64,000 nt of DNA, from the NCBI GenBank assembly GCA_965235115.1, contig OZ249438.1:12400001-12464000 (forward strand). Direction: 5' to 3'. Shown piece by piece: positions 45,333 to 56,601 of this stretch. The notes beneath the pieces are model-generated. The model was given only the letters and a program-made list of their open reading frames with translations. It was not told the DNA's origin and did no database searches. Numbering within the stretch: the first letter of the stretch is position 1; each line of letters begins with the position of its first letter. This stretch comes from Laetmonice hystrix. Lineage: Eukaryota. A program made the translations under genes and the position numbers.

Positions 45333-48300
45333 ATTTAACCAGCAGATATCCAATAAAATACATGATTCTTGGTCACATGACCAAACTTCCGCTGATCAAA
45401 TATCCTCTGCCAAAAAAAGGCTTAAAAAGGCGGTCCCTCGTTTCAGTGTATATGTGAAGTAAATGACGTTTCGATCGCCAATGTCTGGGTTCTCCAGGAC
45501 GGCTGGCACGGTCCTCCGGGACGGCTGGCACGGTCCTCCGGGACGGCTGGCTCTGTCCTCCGGGACGGCTGGCTCTGTCCTCCGGGACGGCTGGCGCTGT
45601 CCTCCGGGACGGCTGGCTCTGTCCTCCGGGACGGCTGGCTCTGTCCTTCGGGACGGCTGGCTCTGTCCTCCGGGACGGCTGGCGCTGTCCTCCGGGACGG
45701 CTGGCTCTGTCCTCCGGGACGGCTGTCACTGTCCTCCGGGACGGCTGGCTCTGTCCTCCGGGACGGCTGGCACTGTCCTCCGGGACGGCTGGCACTGTCC
45801 TCCGGGACGGCTGGCACTGTCCTCCGGGACGGCTGGCTTTGTCCTCCGGGACGGCTGGCTCTGTCCTCCGGGACGGCTGGCTCTGTCCTCCGGGACGGCT
45901 GGCTTTGTCCTCCGGGACGGCTGGCTCTGTCCTACTGAGCGGCTGGCACTGTCCTACTGAGCGGCTGGCACTGTCCTCCAGGACGGCTGGCACGGTCCTC
46001 CGGGACGGCTGGCACTGTCCTCTGGGACGGTTGAGAGTTTCTTCCACCGAGCGGCCCCCCCCCCCCGCCCCCGGCCCTGCCTGTTGCTTATTGTCTACCG
46101 GTAGTTGGGGTGCGAAGTGGTTGGGACGTCTAGGCGCGGGCAGCCGATCGGGATGAGGATGATCGGAATCCCACCTGGTGTTCGTCAAGTGGTGCAAGAC
46201 AAGGGGGCGGGGGGGGGGGGGGTAACTCAACCCGCGTGCTTGTCTACTGGTTTCCTTCAGCGGGGGGCACGGAGGGAAGGGGTCGGGGGGGGGGGGGCTG
46301 GGGGCAGAGGGGCGCCCTGGCCGGTGGGCGAGGATTACAGCACGGTAAACGACATGGCTGTTCATATTGACACCACCCACGCTATCTTCATCTGTACTGC
46401 CAGAACAGGATCCATTCGGGGGTGAGGGAGAGCAGGTATAAAAATCTCTCATTCTCTCTCTCATACCTTTCACTATTTGCATCGTACAAAGTGCTAAAGT
46501 CATCATGGATCCACACAATCATAATGGGTGTAGACGGGCCCCTACAGTGGACAGCGGGTTATATCAGCCAGGACCAGCCAGACTGGGTGGAGATGGGCCC
46601 TTACAGTGGACAGCGGGTTATATCAGCAAGGACCAGCCAGACTGGGTGGAGATGGGCCCTACAGTGGACAGCGGGTTATATCAGCCAGGACCAGCCAGAC
46701 TGGGTGGAGATGGGCCCCTACAGTGGACAGCGGGTTATATCAGCCAGGACCAGCCAGACTGGGTGGAGACGGGCCCCTACAGTGGACAGCGGGTTATATC
46801 AGCCAGGACCAGCCAGACTGGGTGGAGATGGGCCCCTACAGTGGCCAGCGGGTTATATCAGCCAGGACCAGCCAGACTGGGTTGAAATGGGCCCTTACAG
46901 TGGACAGCTGGTTATAACAGCAAGGACCAGCCAGACTGGGTGGAGATGGGCCCTTACAGTGGACAGCTGGTTATAACAGCAAGGACCAGCCAGGGGTGGA
47001 GACGGGCCCCTACAGTGGACAGCGGGTTATATCAGCAATTTAACCAGCAGATATCATCCAATAAAATACATGATTCTTGGTCACATGACCAAACTTTCGC
47101 TGATCAAATAGCCTCTGCCAAAAAAGGCTTAAAAAGGCGGTCCCTCGTTTCAGTGTATATGTGAAGTAAATGACGTTTCGATCGCCAATGTCAGGGTCCT
47201 CCAGGACGGCTGGCACTGTCCTCCGGGACGGCTGGCGCTGTCCTCCGGGACGGCTGGCGCGGTCCTCCGGGACGGCTGGCGCGGTCCTCCGGGACGGCTG
47301 GCGCGGTCCTCCGGGACGGCTGGCGCTGTCCTCCGGGACGGCTGGCGCTGTCCTCCGGGACGGCTGGCTCTGTCCTCCGGGACGGCTGGCGCTGTCCTCC
47401 GGGACGGCTGGCGCTGTCCTCCGGGACGGCTGGCGCTGTCCTCCAGGACGGCTGGCACATGTCCTCCAGGGCGGTTGGGAGCTCCACCTAGTGTAGTGAA
47501 CCTCCAGTATAGCCCCCCCCCGCCCCCGCCCCTGCCTGTTGCTCATTGTCTACCGGTAGTTGGGGTGCGAAGTGGTTGGGACGTCTAGGCGCGGGCAGCT
47601 GATCGGGATGAGGATGATCGGAATCCCACCTGGTGTTCGTCAAGTGGTGCAAGACAAGGGGGCGGGGGGGGGGGGTAACTCAGCCCGCGTGCTTGTCTAC
47701 TGGTTTCCTTCAGCGGGGGGCACGGAGGGAAGGGGTCGGGGGGGGGGGGCTGGGGGCAGAGGGGCGCCCTGGCCGGTGGGCGAGGATTACAGCACGGTAA
47801 ACGACATGGCTGTTCATATTGACACCACCCACGCTATCTTCATCTGTACTGCCAGAACAGGATCCATTCGGGGGTGAGGGAGAGCAGGTATAAAAATCTC
47901 TCATTCTCCCTCTAATACCTTTCACTATAAGCATCGTACAAAGTGTATAGGCTAAAGTCATCATGGACCCACACAATCATAATGGGTGGAGATGGGCCCT
48001 ACAGTGGAGAGTGGGTTATATGAGCCAGGGCCAGCCAGACTGGGTGGAGATGGGCCCCTACAGTGGACAGCGGGTTTTATCAGCCAGGACCAGCCAGACT
48101 GGGTGGAGACGGGCCCCTACAGTGGACAGCGGGTTATATCAGCAAGGACCAGCCAGACTGGGTGGAGATGGGCCCTTACAGTGGACAGCTGGTTATAACA
48201 GCAAGGACCAGCCAGGGGTGGAGATGGGCCCCTACAGTGGACAGCTGGTTATATCAGCAAGGACCAGCCAGACTGGGTGGAGATGGGCCCCTACAGTGGA

Positions 48301-49535
48301 CAGCGGGTTATATCAGCCAGGACCAGCCAGACTGGGTGGAGATGGGCCCCTACAGTGGCCAGCGGGTTATATCAGCCAGGACCAGCCAGACTGGGTGGAG
48401 ATGGGCCCCTACAGTGGACAGCGGGTTTTATCAGCCAGGACCAGCCAGACTGGGTGGAGACGGGCCCCTACAGTGGACAGCGGGTTATATCAGCAAGGAC
48501 CAGCCAGACTGGGTGGAGATGGGCCCTTACAGTGGACAGCGGGTTATATCAGCAAGGACCAGCCAGGGGTGGAGATGGGCCCCTACAGTGGACAGCTGGT
48601 TATATCAGCAAGGACCAGCCAGACTGGGTGGAGACGGGCCCCTACAGTGGACAGCGAGTTATATCAGCAAGGACCAGCCAGGGGTGGAGATGGGCCCCTA
48701 CAGTGGACAGCGGGTTATATCAGCAAGGACCAGCCAGACTGGGTGGAGACGGGCCCCTACAGTGGACAGCGGGTTATATCAGCAAGGACCAGCCAGACTG
48801 GGTGGAGATGGGCCCTTACAGTGGACAGCGAGTTATATCAGCAAGGACCAGCCAGGGGTGGAGATGGGCCCCTACAGTGGACAGCTGGTTATATCAGCCA
48901 GGACCAGCCAGACTGGGTGGAGACGGGCCCCTACAGTGGACAGCTGGTTATATCAGCCAGGACCAGCCAGACTGGGTGGAGACGGGCCCCTACAGTGGAC
49001 AGCGGGTTATATCAGCAAGGACCAGCCAGACTGGGTGGAGACGGGCCCCTACAGTGGACAGCGGGTTATATCAGCAAGGACCAGCCAGACTGGGTGGAGA
49101 CGGGCCCCTACAGTGGACAGCGGGTTATATCAGCAAGGACCAGCCAGGGGTGGAGATGGGCCCTTACAGTGGACAGCTGGTTATAACAGCAAGGACCAGC
49201 CAGACTGGGTGGAGATGGGCCCTTACAGTGGACAGCTGGTTATAACAGCAAGGACCAGCCAGGGGTGGAGATGGGCCCTTACAGTGGACAGCTGGTTATA
49301 ACAGCAAGGACCAGCCAGACTGGGTGGAGATGGGCCCTTACAGTGGACAGCGAGTTATATCAGCAAGGACCAGCCAGGGGTGGAGATGGGCCCTTACAGT
49401 GGACAGCTGGTTATATCAGCAAGGACCAGCCAGACTGGGTGGAGACGGGCCCCTACAGTGGACAGCGGGTTATATCAGCAAGGACCCGCCAGACTGGGTG
49501 GAGATGGGCCCCGACAGTGGACAGCGGGTTATATC
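45333..49535. repeat. Tandem duplication of a composite unit (copy A 45333-47037, copy B 47038-49535), each containing a 22-bp VNTR and a 59/55-bp VNTR
   Basis: Both copies show a ~160-bp head (ATTTAACCAGCAGATATC...), a GGGACGGCTGGCNCTGTCCTCC array (~24 vs ~12 units), a ~490-bp GC-rich spacer and a GGGCCCCTACAGTGGACAGCGGGTTATATCAGCCAGGACCAGCCAGACTGGGTGGAGAT array (~8 vs ~27 units). Confidence 0.95.
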
Positions 49536-50059
49536 TGCACCACTTGTCCGTGATCCGAAACTTAACAGTTCCTCTTGGCTCCGTTATGCCAACAACCCAC
49601 ACGAATCTGGCCCGAAATAACGAAGCAGGGAGGCCCAACTTGTCTCAACAAACGTCGGTTGTCAGGATAAGGCATCACGAACTGCGTTCAATGCCAACAC
49701 TCGCAATGTATCTCATGCATTGCGAGTTGGTCTAATCTTGTTGGCTGTCAATGTGCATCGCCAAGGGGAAATGACATGTTCGCGGCCAATGGCATTTTCA
49801 ACACACTTCCAATCTGTATCTGTCCTCTAAATATTGTTGAGTATTTCATCGTGATGGTTGAAGCTGCAGGGCTCAGAATGATGCGTATGACAATACTCTA
49901 TCAGGGCCAATCTAGAAATCCTGGAAAAGTACCCTGATGCTCTGATGCCAAGTATACTCTAGCTCGGCACACCAGACTGCCCCCAGCACTTGATTTTTTT
50001 GGCCGCGTCTTATTATATGCCTAGATCAACGGGTGTTGACCTCTGCCTGCAATAAGGAT

Positions 50060-51620
50060 CTAGTGGACCTACAGTATAGCCCATTATAGGACGCTAGCCC
50101 TACAGGCTCTGAGTTTGGGGGCTAGTGAACCTCCAGTATGGCCCATTATAGGACGCTAGCCCTACAGGCTCTGAGTTTGGGGGCTAGTGAACCTCCAGTA
50201 TAGCCCATTATAGGACGCTAGCCCTACAGGCTCTGAGTTTGGGGGCTAGTGAACCTCCAGTATGGCCCATTATAGGACGCTAGCCCTACAGGCTCTGAGT
50301 TTGGGGGCTAGTGAACCTCCAGTATAGCCCATTATAGGACGCTAGCCCTACAGGCTCTGAGTTTGGGTCTAGTGGGCCTCCAGTATAGCCCAATATTATA
50401 CACCTGGCCCAGCTAAGCAATCTGATTGGTCCATTTGTACCACGTGACCGTCCCGAAAAAAACGATATTGGACGGTAAAATACGATATTGGACGGTTCAC
50501 TCTGGAAACCATAGAGATGACGTCAAAGTCCTATTGTCATCACTTAGATACTGTGACGTCACAGTACTTTTGGAACTCTTCTGGACTTAAACAATAGCGG
50601 CCAAATTACTAACGTCACAATAGTTGCCGACAGCGATGAATCATACATGTGTTGGTTCTTGTAATCCAAGCGGCCTACCTCCACTTTATTTATATCGGAT
50701 TATCAATATTTTATTTATATATAGGTGTATAATATAGCAAATGTTGGATGGCGGCGAGTCCACTATACAGTTTACGGGACGAAGAAAAGCGATAATGGAC
50801 TCGGCTTCGCCTCGTCCATTATCACTTTTCTTCGTCCCGTAAACTGTATAGTGGACTCGCCGCCATCCAATATTTGTATAATATTATACACCTGGCCCAG
50901 CTAAGCAATCTGATTGGTCCATTTGTACCACGTGACCGTCCCGAAAATTTTGATATTGGATGGTAAAATATGATATTGGACGGTTCGCTCTGGAAACCAT
51001 AGAGACGACGTCAAAGTAGATCTAAATGATAAGAGCAGTCCTGCCCGGCTGCCCAGGCTAATTCTAGATGATAAGATGATAAGATGGATAAGATAAGATG
51101 AATTTAACTATAGTAACTAGTTAATGGGGTTCTAAAGTTAATGTGTCCAATTGTCACATTGACCATAGTTACAGAAAATGTGTTCATTAAAGTTTAACCT
51201 ACATAATTTTCATAAGCGGGTGTTCTCGACTTTATTTATATATGGGATTATCAATATTTTACTTAGGCCCTATATAGACCTCTATAGGTGTATAATATAG
51301 CAAGTGTTGGATGGCAGCTCGTCTACTATACAGTTTACGGGACTCTGAAAAGCGATAATGGACTCGGCTTCGCCTCGTCCATTATCGCTTTTCTTCGTCC
51401 CGTAAACTGTATAGTGGACTCGCCGCCATCCAATATTTGTATATTATAGGACGCTAGCCCTACAGGCTTTTAGTTTGGGGGCTAGTGAACCTCAGGACGC
51501 TAGCCCTACAGGCTCTGAGTTTGGGGGCTAGTGGACCGTGACCTCCAGTAGGCCCTATAGCCCATTATAGCACGCTAGCCCTACAGGTTTTGAGTTTGGG
51601 TCTCTAGCGGACCTCCATGA
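50060..51620. repeat. 62-bp minisatellite interrupted by an insertion at 50392-51442
   Basis: Unit CTAGTGAACCTCCAGTATAGCCCATTATAGGACGCTAGCCCTACAGGCTCTGAGTTTGGGGG; ~5 copies lie left of the insertion and ~3 degenerate copies right of it. Confidence 0.93.
50392..51442. mobile_element. Two head-to-tail copies (50392-50879, 50880-51442) of a non-autonomous element with a long 3' hairpin (possibly Crypton-like)
   Basis: Shared head AATATTATACACCTGGCCCAGCTAAGCAATCTGATTGG and shared tail ...CCAATATTTGTAT. The hairpin has 62-bp arms around the loop TCGGCTTCGCCTC (50739-50875). No TIRs and no clear TSD. The superfamily is an inference. Confidence 0.7.
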
Positions 51621-52519
51621 TGTGACCACCCGACCAGTGTGCCAGGGCGGAGGGTGGTTGGGATGAAAGGCCTTGTTACCCTATGATGACGTATTGAGGG
51701 TCGGATGAGGGGAGACACGGGCATGTCGGACTCCTTGGTACGGAAGCCGAGGATGTCATGGTGGAAACAAATTCTGTATTTTGATAGAAAAAAGCTCAAA
51801 AAGCGCACATCACACTATGGCCTAGAGGCCTATGGTAAACAATCATGAGATATTTAAAAAAAAAACAGTAATAAAATAATTGCGATGTTTTGCCTACGTT
51901 GAATAAATAGGCCTATAGATTCTAGGCCTAAAGTCGCGACAGAGCTTGAGGCGTTAGGGCCATTAAAATTTAGACAAACGCATTTTTTTAATAGATATTC
52001 ATAGATGAACGTGCATTTTAAGAAAAAAAATCACAAAAAAATATTTTCACTGTGACATGCTTGGCTTCCGTGCCCGGTTGTGGATGGCACGGCTCTGGTG
52101 GTCGAGGAAGGCAGCATACCAGTCGGGCGACCCGATCCCGCCCGCCTCCAGCCTGTAATATCGCCCCAACTCTATAATGTCACTCAGACCTGCCACGGCC
52201 ATTTTTCACCCAAGCGCTGCTGTCGGTCGTAGAGACCGACATGACGTTCCCAGAATTTCTCGGCGTCTTTCGTCTCAATGTGGTTTGTCAGAAATTAGCG
52301 GTAGTCCCCGGCGGGAGACGGGGAGAGGCACGTGGTCGACGTGCGTCAAGACAGACGTAAATAAATACACACTGCGGCCTCACACTTATCTCGCCAGGGG
52401 GCGGTCATGTCAACATGGCCACACTTGGCGGAGCCCGAGCTATAGAAGCAGGTTTCAAGATGCAGCGGCAAAGTGCGACCCCTTAAGACAGATTGATACA
52501 TAAATGAGACTTGTTTTAA

Positions 52520-53595
52520 TGTGGGGAGGGGTGGGGTGGGGTGGGGTGGGGTTCCAAGTCAAGGGGTGGGGTGGGTGTCGTGGGGGGGGGGGGGGGGTCC
52601 AAGTCGTGATGTTGGCTGGGTGTGGGTGTGGGTGTGGGGGCCAAGTCATGGTGTTGGGTGGGGGTGGGGGCGGGGTGGAGGTCCAAGTCATGGTGTGGGG
52701 TGGGTGTGGGGTGGGTGTGGGTGTGGGTGTGGGTGTGGGTGTGGGGGCCAAGTCATGGTGTTGGGTGGGGGTGGGGGCGGGGTGGAGGTCCAAGTCATGG
52801 TGTGGGGTGGGTGTGGGTGTGGGTGTGGGTGTGGGTGTGGGTGTGGGTGTGGGGGCCAAGTCATGGTGTTGGGTGGGGGTGGGGGCGGGGTGGAGGTCCA
52901 AGTCATGGTGTGGGGTGGGTGTGGGGTGGGTGTGGGTGTGGGTGTGGGTGTGGGTGTGGGGGCCAAGTCATGGTGTTGGGTGGGGGTGGGGGCGGGGTGG
53001 AGGTCCAAGTCATGGTGTGGGGTGGGTGTGGGGTGGGTGTGGGTGTGGGTGTGGGTGTGGGTGTGGGTGTGGGTGTGGGTGTGGGTGTGGGTGTGGGTGT
53101 GGGTGTGGGTGTGGGGGCCAAGTCATGGTGTTGGGTGGGGGTGGGGGCGGGGTGGAGGTCCAAGTCATGGTGTGGGGTGGGTGTGGGGTGGGTGTGGGTG
53201 TGGGTGTGGGTGTGGGTGGCCAAGACATGGTGTTGGGTGGGGGCGGGGCGGGGTGGAGGTCCAAGTCATGGTGTGGGGTGGGTGTGGGTGTGGGTGTGGG
53301 TGTGGGTGTGGGTGTGGGTGTGGGTGTGGGTGTGGGTGTGGGTGTGGGTGTGGGTGTGGGTGTGGGTGTGGGGGCCAAGTCATGGTGTTGGGTGGGGGTG
53401 GGGGCGGGGTGGAGGTCCAAGTCATGGTGTGGGTGTGGGTGTGGGGTGGGTGTGGGTGTGGGTGTGGGTGTGGGTGGCCAAGACATGGTGTTGGGTGGGT
53501 GTGGGTGTGGGTGTGGGTGTGGGTGGCCAAGACATGGTGTTGGGTGGGGGCGGGGCGGGGTGGAGGTCCAAGTCATGGTGTGGGGTGGGTGTGCG
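52520..53595. repeat. G/T-rich compound array: (GGGTGT)n tracts embedded in a ~55-bp CCAAGTCATGGTG scaffold
   Basis: Repeated GGCCAAGTCATGGTGTTGGGTGGGGGTGGGGGCGGGGTGGAGGTCCAAGTCATGGTG units are separated by variable (GGGTGT)n tracts. Confidence 0.95.
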
Positions 53596-54546
53596 GGGCT
53601 ACATCCCACCACAGGACTGTTATAGGCCTAATATATATATATCGGCCTATTGATCTTTCTTATAGGACATCGGCCACTAGGCCTTTCATATAGGGGGTCT
53701 ATCTAAAAATGACAGCAGAACCATGAATATATTTTTTTATAACCGAAAACAGGTGTAAATTCGAGAATTTAGCTAAGTAAGTAAATCAACATAACTTCTG
53801 AGGTCTCTTCACCTGTGGCACCTCGCGAAGGCTGTAATATTATAGTGTTGATCAGAGACAGAGAGAAAGATTTTTCAATTGATTTATTACGGTGAACCAC
53901 AATAACATGTTCTCTCAATGAACCCATTTTCTGCCGAGTGTAAAGTTACACTCACATGCCATGTTGCAATTGTTCAACTATGAATGTGATAATGCATGTT
54001 GTAGAACGTATAGATAAAGGGCTATGCATGCGTGCGACTGACACGAGATATTCATTGTCAAAGTTGTTCTTCGCATCCGCGCCAGTCCAGCAATATGATA
54101 TATCCGCGTAAGAGTGAATCGTTTGAAATTTGTATGTGCATGTGTATGATGGTACAGAGATAAATCATCTCATCCCATCAATCGGTATATTTCCGTTGGA
54201 ATATCAGGTTGAGAACAGAGATATAACCTGGCCTGTCGTGTGGCATGAGCAATTCTTAGATACAAGACATTGGTACAGAGGGAAGTTCAGGTATCTTTAC
54301 TGCATGTATTCTAACGTTATTCTTTCAGATTCATCAACTATTGGAAAGGTTTTATCATTGGAATTATGGAGGACGCATCGAGACTAAATGTTGCCATGGG
54401 CTTATGTGAAAACCTTTCGTTGTGAACGCCATCTATACTGCTAAAACTATAACAGAGTACCTTGTCTTACCTCCAAACTCCTGTCACTCGCAAACTCCTG
54501 CCTCCAACACGGAATTCTATATGTACCTTCTTTTAACTCCACTTAA

Positions 54547-54870
54547 AGGGGCACAATTTTTCGACTGACTTTGCGTTTTTCTGATGGCGGAAAGAAATCC
54601 GAAAAAATATTCATACTCTGAAAATAGCGTTGATTGGCCTGTAATCAAGCCACAATCAGCCCCCAAAGTGAATTTCGGTGTACACCAAAATTCAGTAGTT
54701 AAGCATTGTAGAGGGGGCGTGACCCCAAGTGACCCCGTTGAAAGTTATGCCATTTCCCGGCCAAGACAACGGTTTTCGCCTCATTTGTTTACGTTTTGCG
54801 TTTAACTACAGAATACCTCACAAAAAATCCGAAAGCCATTCGAAAGTGTGATTCTTCCAATTGTGCCCCT
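54547..54870. mobile_element. Kolobok-like MITE, same family as 2991-3308, opposite orientation
   Basis: TTAA|AGGGGCACAATT...AATTGTGCCCCT|TTAA; the interior is a diverged reverse complement of the first copy. Confidence 0.85.
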
Positions 54871-56167
54871 TTAAATATGTAGCGACCTTTTCTGCTTATA
54901 GGCCTACCACTGAACAGTCCCCTAACAAAACAATTGGGTATCAACAACTGCGGTTCTGTTCAGTTTAAAATAAACCTTTTGATGATTTGTCTCAGAGACA
55001 TAACATATCTGTGACCCGCTATGGGCGTGGATACATCATCTAGAATACCCCCACCCCCACACCCCCATTAATATACCCGACCTTATCTCGGCCCCATGGT
55101 CAGAGATCCGACGACTACACCCGCCGTCGACATGCCGGAATAAATGGAACCTCGCATGATAAAATGGATCGCGACGGTCTGTGACAGTCGTCAACGGTAG
55201 CCTTTCCCCAAGTATAACGAGAAACACATTTTGATCCCGTGTGGGTGGCCTTCTATGTTTCGTTTCATTATCTAATAGCGCGTGCGCTGGGAATGCTCGC
55301 ATTTGAAGAGGGAATGTCAGCAATCTGTGTTGCAATCGCACTGGTATTGGGAGCTTCAAACGAGCTACGCCACAAATAAGTGACCCGGAACATACACTAC
55401 ATTCCGGTACATCACAAGAAACACGTGTGCTCGCTCATCATGTGTATAAATGTCAGAAGGACGTGTGTTGATCGTAATTCACAAGCCGACCGTGCGTGGG
55501 GTAATGTTGCGGGAAAACAGCTCGGCCGGTGTCCATGTCACTTTAAACCTACGATCAGAATCGGATCAAAGAAGCATGGAAACATGTACTCCGAAATGAT
55601 CTTTTTTTTTCTTTCTTTTTTGGAAGGTATAGGAGAACGTTTAATATATACGTCTGCGGAGAGAAAGTTCCCCTTCCTTCATTCATAACGAATCCGTGTT
55701 TATTTATAGGTTTCTACCGCCAACATGATTCTCCTATCACCTTTGGTATTATGTGTGTACATTGAAATGTGCCTGGGAAATAATGAACTCTTGATAAACG
55801 TCTGACGTGAGGGTATCCGCCAACCAGTGCCAACACGGGCGTTTAGTTTGAACTGGTATAAACGCCTCAAGGTGGCCAGCCGCCTGCTAACTTTACACTC
55901 AGCTGTCATATTTAATCTGCCCCGGAACAGTGTTGGAATGTTCGTTACGTCAGGTTCGGGATAAGGAAACAGTCATCAATTAGCAACAGACCTTAGCAAC
56001 ACGATTCTACGATGTACATTTAGTACAGTCATCAATTAGTTCGACCTTTCTTATCACATTCGCTCACATACAGGGTGTATCAAAAGATATGCAATTACAA
56101 TTACAAGTTATTTGAAAATTACACAAGAATATTTAACAATTCAATGAGTTTATGTACTTTTTTTTAT

Positions 56168-56601
56168 CAGGGTTGGAAAAAAAAAATCATGATTTTAAAA
56201 AAAATTAAAAATCGGATTTTTTATATTTAAATCAGATTTCTTTTTATTTAAATCAGACTTTTTTACATTTTTGTCCCGGAACGGATATTTGAATGAATCA
56301 AAAATACAAGTATATGATTTTGATGCAATTTTTAATGCAATATTCCCAATTGTTTTGCTTAACATAGTCAAGAATCATCTTTTATTAACCATGAAATCGA
56401 AATCATTAAAAAGGTGGGCCTTATTTGCAACCAAAATTACTTTATGTACTAGCAAGAATTTATAAAAATGTTAATAAAACTACCAGCGGCACATAAGAAA
56501 AATATGAAGAAAGTTTTTAAAGTTTTTAAAAATGCAAAAAAAAATCAAAAACACGATTTTTTGGCAGTGATTTAAATCATGATTTAAATCAAACAACCCT
56601 A
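56168..56601. mobile_element. hAT-type MITE with 8-bp TSD
   Basis: CAGGGTTG...CAACCCTA termini, subterminal ATTTAAATC repeats, and TTTTTTAT on both sides (56160-56167, 56602-56609). Confidence 0.8.

Noticed and set aside
43825-49735. Long ORFs of 200-400 aa in several frames
   Set aside because: They arise from stop-free repeat units (28, 22 and 59 bp; not multiples of 3) that are open in all frames. They have no domain content.
52455-53693. Pro/Thr/His-rich and Gly/Val/Cys-rich ORFs resembling mucin or extensin
   Set aside because: They are translations of (GGGTGT)n on both strands, with no signal peptide or splice context.
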